64,000 nucleotides of DNA, taken from assembly GCF_964194155.1 (NCBI RefSeq), contig NW_027596259.1, positions 248,001 to 312,000 on the forward strand. The letters are read 5' to 3'. Each line of letters begins with the position of its first letter. Within the stretch, counting starts at the first letter, position 1. The position numbers were made by a program, and so were the translations under genes. This document shows, piece after piece, positions 1 through 12,299 of the stretch. The notes under the pieces are model-generated. The model did no database searches. It worked only from the letters and a program-made list of their open reading frames with translations, and was not told the DNA's origin. Source of the stretch: Cetorhinus maximus. Lineage: Eukaryota.

Positions 1-829
1 TGGATGGACATGGGTTCTGATCCACAGTAAAGGAGTCACACCACTCCAGAGCCATGGAACCCCTCACAGATACAGAGCGGAGAACTAAAACCTAAACTAA
101 AAGTTGTAGCTGAATGGTGAAAAATACTCACCTCTTAAACAATTTCAGTTTTCAATTTTAAAATCTCCTGCTAGAGCCTGCAGCTGGAAAGACATCAGAA
201 GCACTGGAATCAGAGAAAAATCTCCCAGTTGAGGAAATACCCAGGGAGCGGGGTGATGTCACCGTGTAATTGTCGATTTGTGATGATGTCACACACATGG
301 ACACAGAACATCTGGGTCTGTACAAACCAGTGATCACCACACATTATGAAGGATGGAAGGGTCCTGAGGTTTATATGAGGTAGATAAAGAAAAACTATTT
401 TCGTTAACTGATCGTAAAAGGGTTACGGGAGACAGTTTAAAGATTTTGTGAAGATCTACAAGGGGGATATGAGGAAAAAAGTTCACACAGTGAGCGATGA
501 CCTGGAAGTCAATGCTTATACTCAGAGACCGATAATATCCAGGTCCGGATGAATGAAGTGATTCTTGCAGACTCTGATGTGATGATTGATTTGAATTTCC
601 AATCTGCAAAACCTCATCTTCTTGTATCCTGTAAATGGAATTTACAAAATCCATCACTGTCAGTGCAGGATAGAAATTGAGAAGAGACAAACGTTTCTCT
701 TGGTTTGAGTTTGCTGTGTATAAATCCTCCCCTTCTAACCCCCTGTAAAAGGAGTTTCCAAAATCCATCCCTGTCAGTTCAGGATAGAATTTCACAACAT
801 TCTTTCCTCCTGCTACCTGGACCAGGATG

Positions 830-1210
830 ACCGCGCATGCGCCCTGCTGCACATTGCCCCCTATAAAGATGGCGGCCGTTACCCCGGGCCTGGCGAAGGG
901 AGAAATCCAGACTTTTTCGGCCCGTTCTCTGCAAACACAAGACCGGTACCTTGTTATTTGGGGTCTGCGGCCTGCACTGTATCTTTATGAAGCCTCCCTG
1001 CCCACTCCGCTGGCTCCATTCCTCCTCACACACTCACTAACTCTCCACTCGACATTCTCTCACCCTCTCCGGGCAGCTTTAGTCACTGACCAGCACTGCG
1101 CATGCTCATGAAAGAGACAGCAATACACATGCTCCAAGCACACATCGCAATGCGCACGTGCGGAGTTGCTGCTGTAATGAGGATAGGGCACATTCTGTCC
1201 CGCAGCGAAT
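830..1210 (-). promoter_or_regulatory. CpG-rich promoter/exon-1 region of ZNF cassette A (gene body runs off the left edge)
   Basis: GCGCATGCGC (NRF1-type) at 833-842 and AAGATGGCGGCC (YY1-type) at 866-877; reverse-complement paralog of 24700-25090 and 51290-51680, which lie upstream of ZNF exons. Confidence 0.65.
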
Positions 1211-2152
1211 GCTGGGTGTCTGCTCCTCCATTGAACCGTAAAATTGTAAAATCGAAACCCAAGTTCAGTCATCAGAATATGATGGGTGTCATAGGGGCCA
1301 GGATATAAAATTGTCGAATCAATTGATACAGCAATTAAAATGCTCTGTATCCGCCATAATTCTCTCCTGGATGTAATGAACAGCAGAACAAACCCCTGTA
1401 CTTAGATCTGAACTCAATGGAGTCTCAGCAGATGGGGTATTTTTCACCATACATGGAACATTTAAACCGTGTCTTGCCAGTAGGAATGCTGTGACTGTGG
1501 ATTAAATCCTTTGAATTTTAAAGTTGGTGTGTTTACTGCTTTGCAAACTAAATAAATTCCTTTGCACACATAAAGTATCTGGATGGTCTCACACTGGCGC
1601 GACTGTGTTGCTGTGTCAGTACTGGGGCAATAGAGTTCCATTTTCAGCTTGTGCACACGAGTTTACTTACACATTTTCAGCTGAAAATTGGGTCTCAAAC
1701 TCTTCTCGTCATGGGTTCCACATTCTTTGCACTAATTAGTTAATGAAAATCAAAATGCTGCAGATGTTGGCTTTCTGAAATGAAAGAAACCAGAAAATTC
1801 TGGAATTCTAAGCAGATCTGATAGCATCTGTGGCGAGAAAAACATATTTTTTTTTCAAGTCTGTAACCTTTCAACACAACTGCACTACATCTGTGCACAA
1901 ATCTGGCAGAACAGGAATGAAAACCAATAACAGGCAAGGCACCAAAAAACTCGAAGGGAGACCCAGCTGTATGACATGGATGTGTCTGCAGTGGGTGGGA
2001 TCAAACTGTTTCCATGTTTCAACAATCAATGTCTCACCTGTTCTTTGAGAAGAGTGAAACTGATAGAGAACAATTGCCATTTCAGTGTTGGCAATTTGAA
2101 GCTTTAACTCGCTGCCTCAGTTTAAGATATCTTGCAGGTTTTGCTTGTGTGA

Positions 2153-2223
2153 GTCTCTGTTGTATGATTGGTAGGCATTTGGTAGGAAACCGGAAGGTTA
2201 GCAGTTTAAGACCATCAGGAACG
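2153..2223 (+). pseudogene. highly degenerate tRNA-Asn copy
   Basis: gtctctgt...accggaaggtt...accatcaggaacg aligns to tRNA-Asn; flanks (1900-2500) are paralogous to those of the 8106 tRNA-Asn. Confidence 0.55.
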
Positions 2224-2439
2224 AAGTCTTTGATGTTTTCTCCCCATCATCATTCATTCCCACACAGTTCTGGGGTGACAATGGGCACTTTAGCTGCAGG
2301 TAAATGTTCGCCAAACGTTGCCAACTCAACTTTTATGCAATGGATTCCCAAACTGACATGTTTTATCATGAATATTCAATTCAAACATAATGAGAAAACA
2401 TTTAGACCTACCATGTACCTACGTCATTTGCAATCTATG

Positions 2440-2782
2440 AAGTTAATAGATTCAAACAAACCCATCAATAATTCTCTTCCTCAGCTCCACAGTGACGGAA
2501 ACAGGGAAAAGCAGAAAAGCAGCAATATTCCGGCCCTGCACTTTCCAATCGCCCGCTGCCAGCAGAAAGCAGCGACTGCAGCTTCAATCAGCGGGTTACT
2601 GCCCATTACTGGGACACAAGATACTCCAACCAGGGCCAAACCTCCCAATATACCGAGCACAGGCTCAGGAAAACACAGGTAGATTATATCCCGATCACTA
2701 AGCCTCCGAGCAGCATTTACAGAATACCCAAGTGAGTGAGCCACAAATAAAAGTCAGACCAACTTTCTAAATCTTTTCATTG
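2440..2782. repeat. conserved non-coding block, also at ~17220-17562 and partially at 8390-8495
   Basis: direct alignment by eye, roughly 85-90% identical to 17290-17562. Confidence 0.8.
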
Positions 2783-3081
2783 TAAAATTCCTTCTTTTTA
2801 TTGAAAAGCTGACTGTTGTGAATCTGAGAATGAGCACCATAGGATTAGTGTTACCGAGTGACTTGTTTTCCATTGTTTATCCAACAGGTTTGCAATTCAA
2901 TTTGTGTTGGATACTGAAGCGAATCTGATTTCAAAATGAGGTCACAAAGCAGCTAAATATTAAATCCAGGAACAGATCCTGAGGAAAATGGATCACAGTG
3001 TCTGGAAGGAGATGCAGCTGAGAAGCGAAAACTGTGAATAATGTTATTGATGATAGAGTGGAAAGCAGTGGGCCCTTGGTC

Positions 3082-3163
3082 AGTTTCATGGCCGAGTGGT
3101 TAAATGAATGGTTTCATAATCAGTTGGGGTTTCCCCAGGGAGAGTCAAATCTTACCGACTGTG
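3082..3163 (+). pseudogene. tRNA-Ser pseudogene
   Basis: tggccgagtggttaa A-box, ttggggtttcccc variable arm and ccgact end match tRNA-Ser; anticodon and T arms decayed. Confidence 0.7.
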
Positions 3164-3586
3164 GTTCTCATTATTGCTGATTTCAACCAGGTGTCTACAG
3201 ATCTATCGGGTCAGTGGGAGGAAAAGCATTCTAAAATCCACTTTCGCTCTGAAGCCATACGGACTCGAATCGTTAACTCAGTTTCTTTCTCCACAGGAGC
3301 TGCGAGACCAGCTGAGTTTTTCCAGAATTTTCTGTGTTTATGTCATATTTTCAGCATCCACAGCATTTTGTTTTTATCCAAAAATTCTCGTGGTTTTTAG
3401 GCTCTAAGGGAATGAAGGGCCATCGGAATTGGGTGGCAAATTGCTGTTGGGGCTGGAGATCCGCCATAATCTTATAAAGTGACCGAGGAGGCTTGTGGGG
3501 CCTTATGACGTATTGTTGCTGCTTTGCTTCTGTTCTATTTCAGTATCAATACCAGCCAAGGCGATGGGGAGTAACAGCCTGAGCTT

Positions 3587-3668
3587 GATAGTGTGGCCGA
3601 GCAGTCTAAGGTGCTAGATTGTACTTCTACTTTCTGTAGAGGGATCGGTTTGAAGCTTACATTGGCCA
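3587..3668 (+). pseudogene. tRNA-Leu pseudogene
   Basis: gatagtgtggccgagcagtctaaggtgctagatt...gcca, 82 nt, colinear with GGTAGCGTGGCCGAGCGGTCTAAGGCGCTGGATT...GCCA. Confidence 0.7.
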
Positions 3669-3900
3669 AAATTGCACTTTCAGAACTCCCATTAATCGAA
3701 GAAGTGCCAGCCTAAAGTTGAAGCAGGCGTGTGCAGTGTTTCACTTAAACAGGAAGAGCGAGGAGAGACAATACAAGAATAAATTGCTGTGGAGAAAAGG
3801 CGGGTTGTCAAAGTCGCTGAATTCCTCTTCCATCGGCCACCAGAGGCCGCATGACCTCCTCTTCTGCTTTCCCCATCTATGCTTGTATACCATAAGGCCA

Positions 3901-3955
3901 GTCGTCATCGCCGAGTGGTTAAAGCCATTGAGTCCAAATACATTGCTCTTTCCCG
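3901..3955 (+). pseudogene. partial tRNA-Ser pseudogene (5' half)
   Basis: gccgagtggttaaagccattgagtccaaatacattg; inverted paralog at 14068-14126. Confidence 0.5.
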
Positions 3956-4526
3956 TTTTTTACTATGCCTGGTTTTAACTGTGTCTACAGAGTTATTTAT
4001 CGGTTAAATTGAATAAAATCCATCCAAACACTCGGGAGTTTTCCTATTTCTGTTCATTCACGAAACTTGCAGTTGGAACTGGCAAAAAAATGTTATTGTC
4101 ATGCTTGCTGTCTGGGTGTTTGTCTCTCCTTAGAAACAATCCCTTGCCCTCTGTCACACTCGGTGTATATGTCTGTTTGTGTTCCTCCGTGTGTGTCAAT
4201 GTGCTTCAGTTCCCGAGGGGGTGAGCCCATTTTTACCAGCATAAACCTTATTCACAATAGTTGTGCAGCTTCATCTTAAAATGTTACAGGGAAAAATATC
4301 AGGATGAAAGATGTAAGAGGAATTTGCAATGTTTGGAAGGAGGTGCAGCTAAGAAGTGGAAGATGTGAACGATGTTATTGATGATTGAGAGGAATGCATT
4401 GCAACCTTGGGGCTTTTGCTGGTCGATCACCTTCTACACTTTGAAATTCAGAACAAGCTGAAGCTCCAGGTGGAAAGCAACAGTTGTTTACATGTATGTT
4501 GGCATATGGAGCTTTTTCTTCCGCAT

Positions 4527-4599
4527 GCCCGGCTAGCTCAGTTGGTAGAGCATGAGACTCTTAATCTCAGGGTTGTGGGTTCGAGCCCCACCTTGGGCG
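4527..4599 (+). tRNA. tRNA-Lys (CTT), near-intact
   Basis: 73 nt matching canonical vertebrate tRNA-Lys-CTT except for 3 substitutions, all at CpG sites (one gives a C7:C66 acceptor mismatch); intact A/B boxes; T-run terminator about 9 nt downstream. Confidence 0.9.
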
Positions 4600-5718
4600 C
4601 TGTGGCATTTTTTAAAATCTTGCTGCTTTTAAGGGAAAACACCAACCGAATCCCTGCGGCAGCTGTGAAACTTACAAGGCAGACATTAACCAGTAAAAGC
4701 AACCGATGCATATAAAATTCAAAGCAATTTCATGTTGTATCTCTTTCTGCTTCTGTCCCTGCCTCTCGTCCAGCTCCCTCTGTCCTTTCAGCTTCCGGGT
4801 CAATTAGCTGCTTGATGCAGAGACAGTCAGTACATGGGAATGTAAGACACAATAAGATAGGTTTGCAGACCATAGAGTAAAAAGACATCAGGATCTCATC
4901 TTCTCCTAGATGCTGATTACAGGAATGTGCACAGTGCCCATTACCGACAGTCACACTCTCCTTCCAGTCTTGTGTAGGTTGTTCAGCTTTCAAATTGTTC
5001 ATATTTTCACACTGCGTTTCAATGTGAAGAAAGCAGAGCTGTGATAAGCCTATATTGATCAGCAGATGTCCTGCAAGAAGGTACATACAGGATGATGGTA
5101 ACAGTGCTCTTTGGACGCGGTGAGCTCCAGTGAAGGATTGGCACCATTAATGTGTCGCTCAATTAGTCTTGTGACAAATCTCGTGCTGGAAGTGACAAGG
5201 AAACTCATTGAATTTGCTCCGTGTTTTGGTTTCAAAAGAGCCGAATACAAGGTAAGATATTACATCTCGCTGGTCTGGACTATAAAATGGCAGAATTATT
5301 GTGAAAGCAGCCGTGGTGTTGGAAAACATAAAATTATACAAAGTTACAACATAGAAGGAGGTCTTTAGGCCCTGTGTACTGCTTTTAAAAAGCAGTTCTG
5401 ATTGTTTGATCGATCAGGAGTAATATTTGTGCCAGTGCAAACAGGAGGCAGCAAAGTATATCCTTCTCCAACCCATATTTTTCCTCGCACCAACATCACT
5501 ATGTAAACTGCTCTGCAACCAGCCCTTCTCTTGTCTTTCTTTCATTTCTTCACTCCACGTCTGTGTTTGTTCTCGTCCTGTTCCCAATGTGACATTTTGA
5601 GCTCTGAGGCAAAAATTCAACTCCCCCTCCACTGACTCTGGTGCAGCTGTTAAATGTTTTCAATCAATAAGTTCGCAACACTCGTTTTTAAACATTTCAC
5701 AAAATCAATAAATCTTCA

Positions 5719-5790
5719 TTCCTTGACCGAGAACCAAACCCCACCTGAGGCACTAAAAGCACCGAATCGTAACCACTAGGCCAGCAAGAA
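5719..5790 (-). pseudogene. tRNA-Glu pseudogene
   Basis: reverse complement ttcttgctggcctagtggttacgattcggtgct...ctcggtcaaggaa is colinear with tRNA-Glu, 72 nt. Confidence 0.7.
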
Positions 5791-6826
5791 AGCTGTCAAG
5801 TCTTTTTTCGGTATGGCTTATCTACGCTGCTTTTACCATTTTAATAAAATATTTCAGATCTCTTTTACCACAAAACTGCATGTTTAGACTCAACACAAAC
5901 CAATTCTTCAGCCAACGAGAACATTTGCTGTGAGCTGGAACATGACATCGACAGTGAGGTGAAATAGTCCCACAAGCTGCTCATGTTCAACATACAACTT
6001 CCAAAACTCTCCAGCCTAATCACTGGGCCCAATGAAAGCGATGAATCCGAGTCACTGGACACCAGAGGAACTACCAATAAGGCTTGAAATTTGGATTATG
6101 GAGCTACTTTTGACATTTTTTTTTCATTTCAGATCTCTTTCACCAGAGACAACTTTCTCCTGCCAAATGGTCTGTTTAGGTTGAACACAAGTGACTTCTT
6201 CACCAATGAGAAGAAGCATTGCTGTTAGCTGGAACATGAAATCGATACTTTCCCCCTTCAAGACAGTTCTTAAAGTCTCCCCCTTTGATCGAGCTTTTAG
6301 TCACCTGACCGAATATGTGACTCGGTGTCACACTTTGTTCTATAATGATCCTGGGGAACGCTTTGTGACGTTTCATTAGGTTAAAGGTGCTTTTTAAGTT
6401 GTTGTTGTAGTCCATACATAGAAAGAGACAAACTCCTCTTGCATCTTTCATCCTGATATTTTTCTCTGTAACATTTTAATATGCAGTTGCACAACTAAAG
6501 TGAATAAAGTTTGTGATGGTTAAAAATGTGTTCACCCCCTCGGGGAACTGAACCAAATCGACACACACAAAGGAACACACACAGAGATATACACCGAGAG
6601 TGACAGAGGCCTGAGGAGAAACAAACACCCAGAAAACAAGGATGTCACCAATTGGTCTAATTATTGTTCTATTTCAGACTGGAGATTATGGTGAATGCTT
6701 GCAGATAAACTGAAATGAAGAAACGAGGAAGGGAAGCAGAAGAACCATGCAAGAGTGTTTGGAAGGTTTTTATTCCATTTCCCCAATAATTAATTTTAAT
6801 CTGGAGGCACCTAAAGGAAGGAGCAG

Positions 6827-6908
6827 CGAGGTCGGCAGGATTCAAGCCTTCATGGGGAGAGCGCAATGGATTTTAAATCCATTGTCTTCACCACTCAGCC
6901 ACGATTAC
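6827..6908 (-). pseudogene. tRNA-Ser pseudogene
   Basis: reverse complement gtaatcgtggctgagtggtgaagacaatggatttaaaatccattg...gaatcctgccgacctcg, 82 nt. Confidence 0.75.
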
Positions 6909-7117
6909 AGACCTTATATCGATTTTAACATTTTTCATATAAAATCATAGACAGGTTTAACAGAGAAAGAGGACATTCGGCCCCACATATTACCAGTCAC
7001 CCTGCAATTCCTACTATCTCTCCTCGTTCATCCTGCCTGGAGGGAAATCTTAATACGTTAACAACCACAAGCCCAGACTCAGGTGAAGTGACTGAAAGAA
7101 CAAAAGAGCTGAAACGT

Positions 7118-7193
7118 TGATGGCTTGGGGATCCGAACCCATGAAAACAACGAAACCCAAGCCAATCTCGTTAAAACGTCGAGCCACGCTGCC
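7118..7193 (-). pseudogene. degenerate tRNA-Leu pseudogene
   Basis: reverse complement ggcagcgtggctcg...atgggttcggatcccc; same position relative to the Ser copy as in other units. Confidence 0.5.
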
Positions 7194-8105
7194 ACCATCA
7201 ACAGTACACGAGCCATCGCCTTGGATGGTGTCGGCTCTGAATTAGAACATAACAAATAGGAGCAGAAATAGACCATTTTTCCCTTAAGCACCTCATAGTG
7301 TCAAAGAATCAGAGCCAAGGCTACAACACAGATGGAGGCCATTCGGCCCGTCTCATAGGATCAAAGGACTCAGGGACAGGAGTTGGCCATTCAGCCCTTT
7401 GAGCCTGCTTCACCATCCAATAAGATCATGGCTGATCAGGCTGTGGTCTCAACTCCTCCTTCCTGTCTGCCTCCACCTCCCCACCATAACCATTGACCCA
7501 CTTGTGTACCAAAAATCTGTCTAATTCTGCCTTGAATAAATTCAATGACCAGCCTCCACTGCTTTCTGGGGAAAATAATTCCACAGACTAACGACCTCTG
7601 AGAGAATGAGAAAATCTGCTCATCTCCGTCTGAGAAGGGAGGCCTCTTATTCTTCTGGAAACTAACTCACCTGGTCCCACTCCCCCACCTTTTCCCCGGA
7701 GACCTGCATTTTCGGTACTATTCTCTGTTGAAATCCGCGATTGAATCTGCCTCCCCCACACTCTCAGGTGGTGCATTCTAGATCCTAACCACTCGCTGTG
7801 TAACAGAGAAATCCCTTTAGAATTATCGGCTTCGGGACAATCAGAATACTCAGTAACAGACAAAACACCGAAAGGCTCAAAGGGAGATGGCTCCAGTTGT
7901 AGGGGAGCTGGCTCCCGGTGATATGGATGTGTCTGCAATGGGTGGGATCAGACTGTTTCCATGTATCCACAAAGAATGTCCCACCCTTGATTTGGGAAGA
8001 GTAAAACTGAAAGGATAATTATCATTTGAGTAGCAGAAATCTGAAGCTTTTACTCGCTGAGCCATTGGTTTAGGATATCTTACAGAGTGCAGGCATTTTT
8101 CTTAA

Positions 8106-8126
8106 GTCTCTGTGGCGCAATTGGTC

Positions 8127-8161
<35 letters not shown>

Positions 8162-8179
8162 TAAAACCACCCAGGGGTG
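8106..8179 (+). tRNA. tRNA-Asn (GTT), probable pseudogene
   Basis: gtctctgtggcgcaattggtcagcgcgttcggctgttaaccgaaaggttggtgg is almost canonical, but the T-loop/B-box TTCGA is changed to TTTAA and the 3' acceptor strand is altered. Confidence 0.8.
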
Positions 8180-8640
8180 AAGCTATAGCCATTTTCTCCC
8201 CACCATTACTCATTAATGTTCTGGTTTGTTCTTGAGCCCTGAAACCACAAGAAAATCCCCCCATGTTGAAAACTCGGCTGTCGCCCACTGAGTTCCCACA
8301 CTAAGCTTTGTTTATGATATTCATTTCAGATATAACAAAGAATATGGACGATCATGTACCCCCATCTAAATCAATACAGATCAACGAGGCTATTGGATTG
8401 AAACAAGCCCATCAATTAATCGCTCTTCCTCAGCTCCACGGTGAGTGAAACAGGAAAAGGTAACAATATTCCAGCCCCGCTCTCTCCAATCAGCGGAAAC
8501 ATCTTCTTATTTTGCTGAATGTTATCTTCAGAAATGGTGAAGAGCGAATCTAATATGGCTGCAAGATCCAGCATTCAGTTCACATTCAACAACAAACAGG
8601 AATGGGTGCGATACAACTTTTCCACACAGCTGGGTGATAA

Positions 8641-8712
8641 TGTTTCCCCGAGCATTGAATGCAGTAACTTACACGTGCGAAATGAGCAGGGTAACTACAA
8701 CGCTACAGGGAC
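8641..8712 (-). pseudogene. very degenerate tRNA-Val copy
   Basis: reverse complement gtccctgtagcgttgtagttacc...cggggaaaca; flanks paralogous to the Val copies at 9800 and 10220. Confidence 0.45.
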
Positions 8713-9194
8713 ACTTCCCTGCCTGAATCCCAATGGAGCTGTCTGGAATGTTAAACTGAGACGTCATGCAGCAGCACTTTGGGTCTTTGTTTTGAAGAAA
8801 TGGAATTTGGCTGTTCTCATTAGGAATGCTGGAGACAGACTGATCAACAATGTCATCATCAAATGGCACAGCTCAGTAAGAGGACCTTCCACCAATTCTA
8901 TTTATAACCAGCCTTTTACAAAGATCTTGCCTATTAATCCCAATTTCCTTCTCTCTTTCCATGAATCAGAATTTTCTCCCTTTCAACTATTGCCAAATTC
9001 CTTTTCAAAGAAGCAGTTTCTGTAGAATCCATGCGGTTTGCCTTAATGAACATTTCCTTTACACAATGAAATTAAGAGTTGGACCAGGGTTCTATCTGCA
9101 GTTTTCGATATTAACATAAGTTATTTATGCAATTCGTTTCATGGTGAACTTACAAAAGGTGTTTATTCTGATCAGACATGTCCTCAGTATTTTC

Positions 9195-9430
9195 TCAGTC
9201 ATGGTGACCATGAAACTATCACTGACTGCCGTACAAACCCATGTGATTCACCAGTCCTTTAGGGAATTCAATCGGTCGTCCTTACCTGGTCTGACTTGCA
9301 TGTGACACCAGACCCACAGTGATGTGACTGATTCTCAACTAACCTTTGAAATGGTTTAAAAAGTTACACAGCTCAAGGGGAATTGGGGATGTGCAAAAAT
9401 GCTGGCCAACGATGCTCATGAAAGAATGAA
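9195..9430 (+). mobile_element. 3' part of a tRNA-derived SINE (tail shared with the LINE family at 34290/47045/56245)
   Basis: atggtgaccatgaaactatc...tttagggaa...gacccacag...gctggccaacgatgctcatgaaagaat; antisense pieces of the same SINE at ~20630, 29045 and 58860. Confidence 0.55.
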
Positions 9431-9799
9431 GATCCTTGATGAAGCGCGATACAGAGTAATTTTGCACCATCTCTCCCATTCCCTCGTGTTCAATCACAGT
9501 ATCAGTTGCGTCTGTCTTTAGGATGATGCTAGTCTTTGGATCACACTGATAGTATCTTTCAGTCAGTAAGTAACTGTGAATTTGTAATTGTAAACTCATT
9601 AATTTCTGTTGTTGACGAAAGGAACTGCTAGTTTTTTTGTGCCTAGTCAGTTTCACCCCTCCTGGTTTTGAGAATGCTTTTTGCAGCTTGGCAAAGGGCA
9701 AATTTAATGTGGCAGCGAGATACTATATTCAGTTAATATTCAACAACAAATGTGAATAATGGAACTTTCCCTCACACTTGGATGTGTAAATTTCAATAA

Positions 9800-9867
9800 T
9801 GTTTCTACCCATTTCCAGACAGGGGACCTTCGCATGTACGTGATAACCAATTGGTAACTACAGAAAC
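9800..9867 (-). pseudogene. tRNA-Val pseudogene
   Basis: reverse complement gtttctgtag...ggttatcacg...gcgaaggtcccc...agaaaca. Confidence 0.65.
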
Positions 9868-10218
9868 AATGGGCAGAACCACAGGGACAGACTTATAATA
9901 TCAAACCGTACACTGTTTTGTAAAAGTACAATTCAGCTGAAAAACATAGCCATGCGGCAGAGAAATTGATCTAACATTAGAATCATAAAATGACAGCACA
10001 TCAGCAGGTCATTCAACACTTTACACACGTGCAAACTATTTTACTGCAATTTGTCTCTTTTTTTGTCTCTTTCTCATAACCGTGCCTTTTGCAGAAAATC
10101 ATTCAAAGCTTGGTGAAGTGTCAGTGTCACGTGGCTATGAGATAATGTATTCGGCTATTGTTTAGCAAGAAACAGGAATTGTACGACTTCTCACAATTAG
10201 ATGATTCAGTTTTGATAA

Positions 10219-10342
10219 TATTTTTGCCAGCTTTCGAACCGGTGACCTTGTGCATCTGAAGTGAATGTGATAAGCACTACTTGTTTATTTGTTCATTTAT
10301 GGGATGTGGACATCGCTGCCGACGCCGCTACACCACAGAAAC
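10219..10342 (-). pseudogene. tRNA-Val pseudogene interrupted by a ~44-bp retro-insertion
   Basis: reverse complement gtttctgtggtgtagcgg [insert] gtagtgcttatcacattcacttcagatgcacaaggtcaccggttcgaaagctggc. Confidence 0.7.
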
Positions 10343-11089
10343 AATGTGCGACAAAAAGCCAAAGGGACTTGTATTGAATTTCAAACTGTGTAGACCTGCT
10401 GCACTGCAAGAACGTGTTTTACATGAATAGAACTGGGATGGGACATTTTGGAATGCTGCAGAGAAATTGATCTAATTGTAAATTGACACAGCTCATTAGG
10501 AGGCCATTCGACCCTTCGGGTGTGTGCTTTCTTCAAAGAGCTATCCACTTATTTCCAATATCATTCTCTTCCTTCATAACCCTGCAGTTTTTTTTTTCCA
10601 TTTTCAAATAATTGTCCAATTCCCTTTTGAAAACTCTGAGTTCAGAAACACAATATTGAAAGAGGTGCAGGAGCTTCTGCAGTGTCCACGCTCAGTGTGT
10701 GAAAATTAACAACGTTTCCCTGACCCAATGACATGAAGAGTTGAACTGGGGATTCACATGTTGTCTTCGAAATAAAGAGGAATATTTATTTATGCAATTG
10801 ACTTCCTATTGAATATTTAAGTGAAGTTTATTCTGACCAAGCACCTCCTCATTTTTCTCAGTCGATAATGTAATTCCCCTTGTTGTACAACCTGTTACAG
10901 AAGCTGTTATAGAAAAGAGGGAAAGGTTTGTTGCAGCTACACAAAGCCATTGTTAGATCACACCTGGAGGACTGTGTATAATTCTGGGAACGGCACCTTA
11001 TAAAGGATCAATATTAGTCTTGGAAACAGGGCACTTCTGATCCAGCAGAATGTCAGTTCTGGAGAGTAAGTGGACATATTCCCCTTCGT

Positions 11090-11600
11090 AAATTGAGGTC
11101 ATCCAAAACTGCTGCCCGTGTCTTCAGTCACAGCAAGCCCCATTCCTCTACCACCCTCTACCCGCTGACCTACATTGGCTCCCGGTCAAAGAATGCATTT
11201 ACTTCAAACTTTCTTCGCCTTGTGTTCAAATCTCTCCTTGTTCTCGCCCCTCCCTATCTCTGTAATCTCCTCGAATCCCACACATCTCTGAGGTATCTGT
11301 GCTCCTCTAATTCTGGCCCCTTGTACATTCCCAATCAGAATCGCTCCACCATTGGTGACCGTGGTTGTAGTTACTGAGGCCCCAAACTCTGGAATTCCCT
11401 CCCTAAACCTCTCCGCCTCGACCTCACTTTCCTCCTTTAAGACTCTTCTTAAAACCTACCTCTCCGACCAAGCTTTTGTTCATCTGGCCTAACATCTCCT
11501 TCTGTGTGTCATTGTCAGACTCTGTTACATAATGATCCTGTCAACCATCTTTGGTGGTTTCATTACGTTAAAGGCGCTATCTAAATGTAAGCTGTTGTTG
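11090..11600 (+). mobile_element. L2-type LINE 3' fragment
   Basis: LVFKSL..LAPPYLCNLL...IGDR C-terminal L2 RT motif followed by a ttgttg tail. Confidence 0.75.
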
Positions 11601-11858
11601 TAATGGGGCATATAGAGAAGGGGAAACAAGCTCCTCTTCCAACTTTCATCCTGATATTTTTTGATCTGAGGTTGCACAACGAATGTGAATAAAGTTTGTT
11701 CTGTTAAAAATGTGTCCATCCCATTGGGGAACTGAACCACATTGACACACACAGACCAACGGAAAGAAGAAACCACGGGAGTCTTTGCGTGGTTTTGATT
11801 CAGGTTATCCAATAATTAATTCCATGGGCACCTTATCAAAATCAGGAATGATGACAAC

Positions 11859-11938
11859 TGTAGCCGAAGGGATTTGTACCTCTGTGAGGAGGCCACAGGA
11901 TTCCAACTCCATCCTCTTAACCACTCCGCCAGGAACAC
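11859..11938 (-). pseudogene. tRNA-Ser pseudogene
   Basis: reverse complement tggcggagtggttaagaggatggagttggaatcc...aaatcccttcggctac. Confidence 0.6.
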
Positions 11939-12157
11939 AGGACGACACTGACATCACTGCTCTTTGTATAAAATCAGAGACGGCTACATCATGCGGTCTT
12001 TCAGCATGTTGTCTCTCTGGAAGAGCAACTCAACTACTGTAATTCCACACCCCGCCTTTTCCCCACAGCAACTCACCTCGTTCTTTCTGTCAAAATACAA
12101 CACCGTGCATTCAATATGAGGTGGCAACTGCTTGTCCTAATGGGGCTGCTAAATGTT

Positions 12158-12220
12158 TAGCAGCGGTGGGAGTCGAACTCACGACTCCATAAACACCTTA
12201 AACCGCTTGACCACGCTACC
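12158..12220 (-). pseudogene. tRNA-Leu pseudogene lacking the anticodon arm
   Basis: reverse complement ggtagcgtggtcaagcggtttaaggtg-[deletion]-ggagtcgtgagttcgactcccaccgctgcta. Confidence 0.75.
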
Positions 12221-12299
12221 ACATGGGTGGAATTCATTAATCATTCCCTTCACAGGTTTTGGCACCGAAATAGAACAAAAGCAACAGAGAAGGAATAGG

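Noticed and set aside
334-852. 172-aa ORF (MQQGACAVILVQVAGG...) recurring at 51651 and in related frames
   Set aside because: Spans intron and acceptor-module sequence; the frame is not preserved among paralogs, and the similarity is DNA-level duplication
2575-2605. tcagcgggttact resembling the vault RNA 5' motif
   Set aside because: No matching B-box, terminal stem or terminator
2014-2682. 222-aa ORF
   Set aside because: Runs through a tRNA-Asn relic and a non-coding repeat; no domain, and the frame is not kept in paralogs
5111-5368. ORF similar to 12675-12899 as a possible conserved exon
   Set aside because: Part of the duplicated tRNA-flank block; indels shift the frame and the third copy (~14950-15230) is not open
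8519-9025. 168-aa ORF
   Set aside because: Overlaps an antisense tRNA-Val relic and repeat remnants; no recognisable protein
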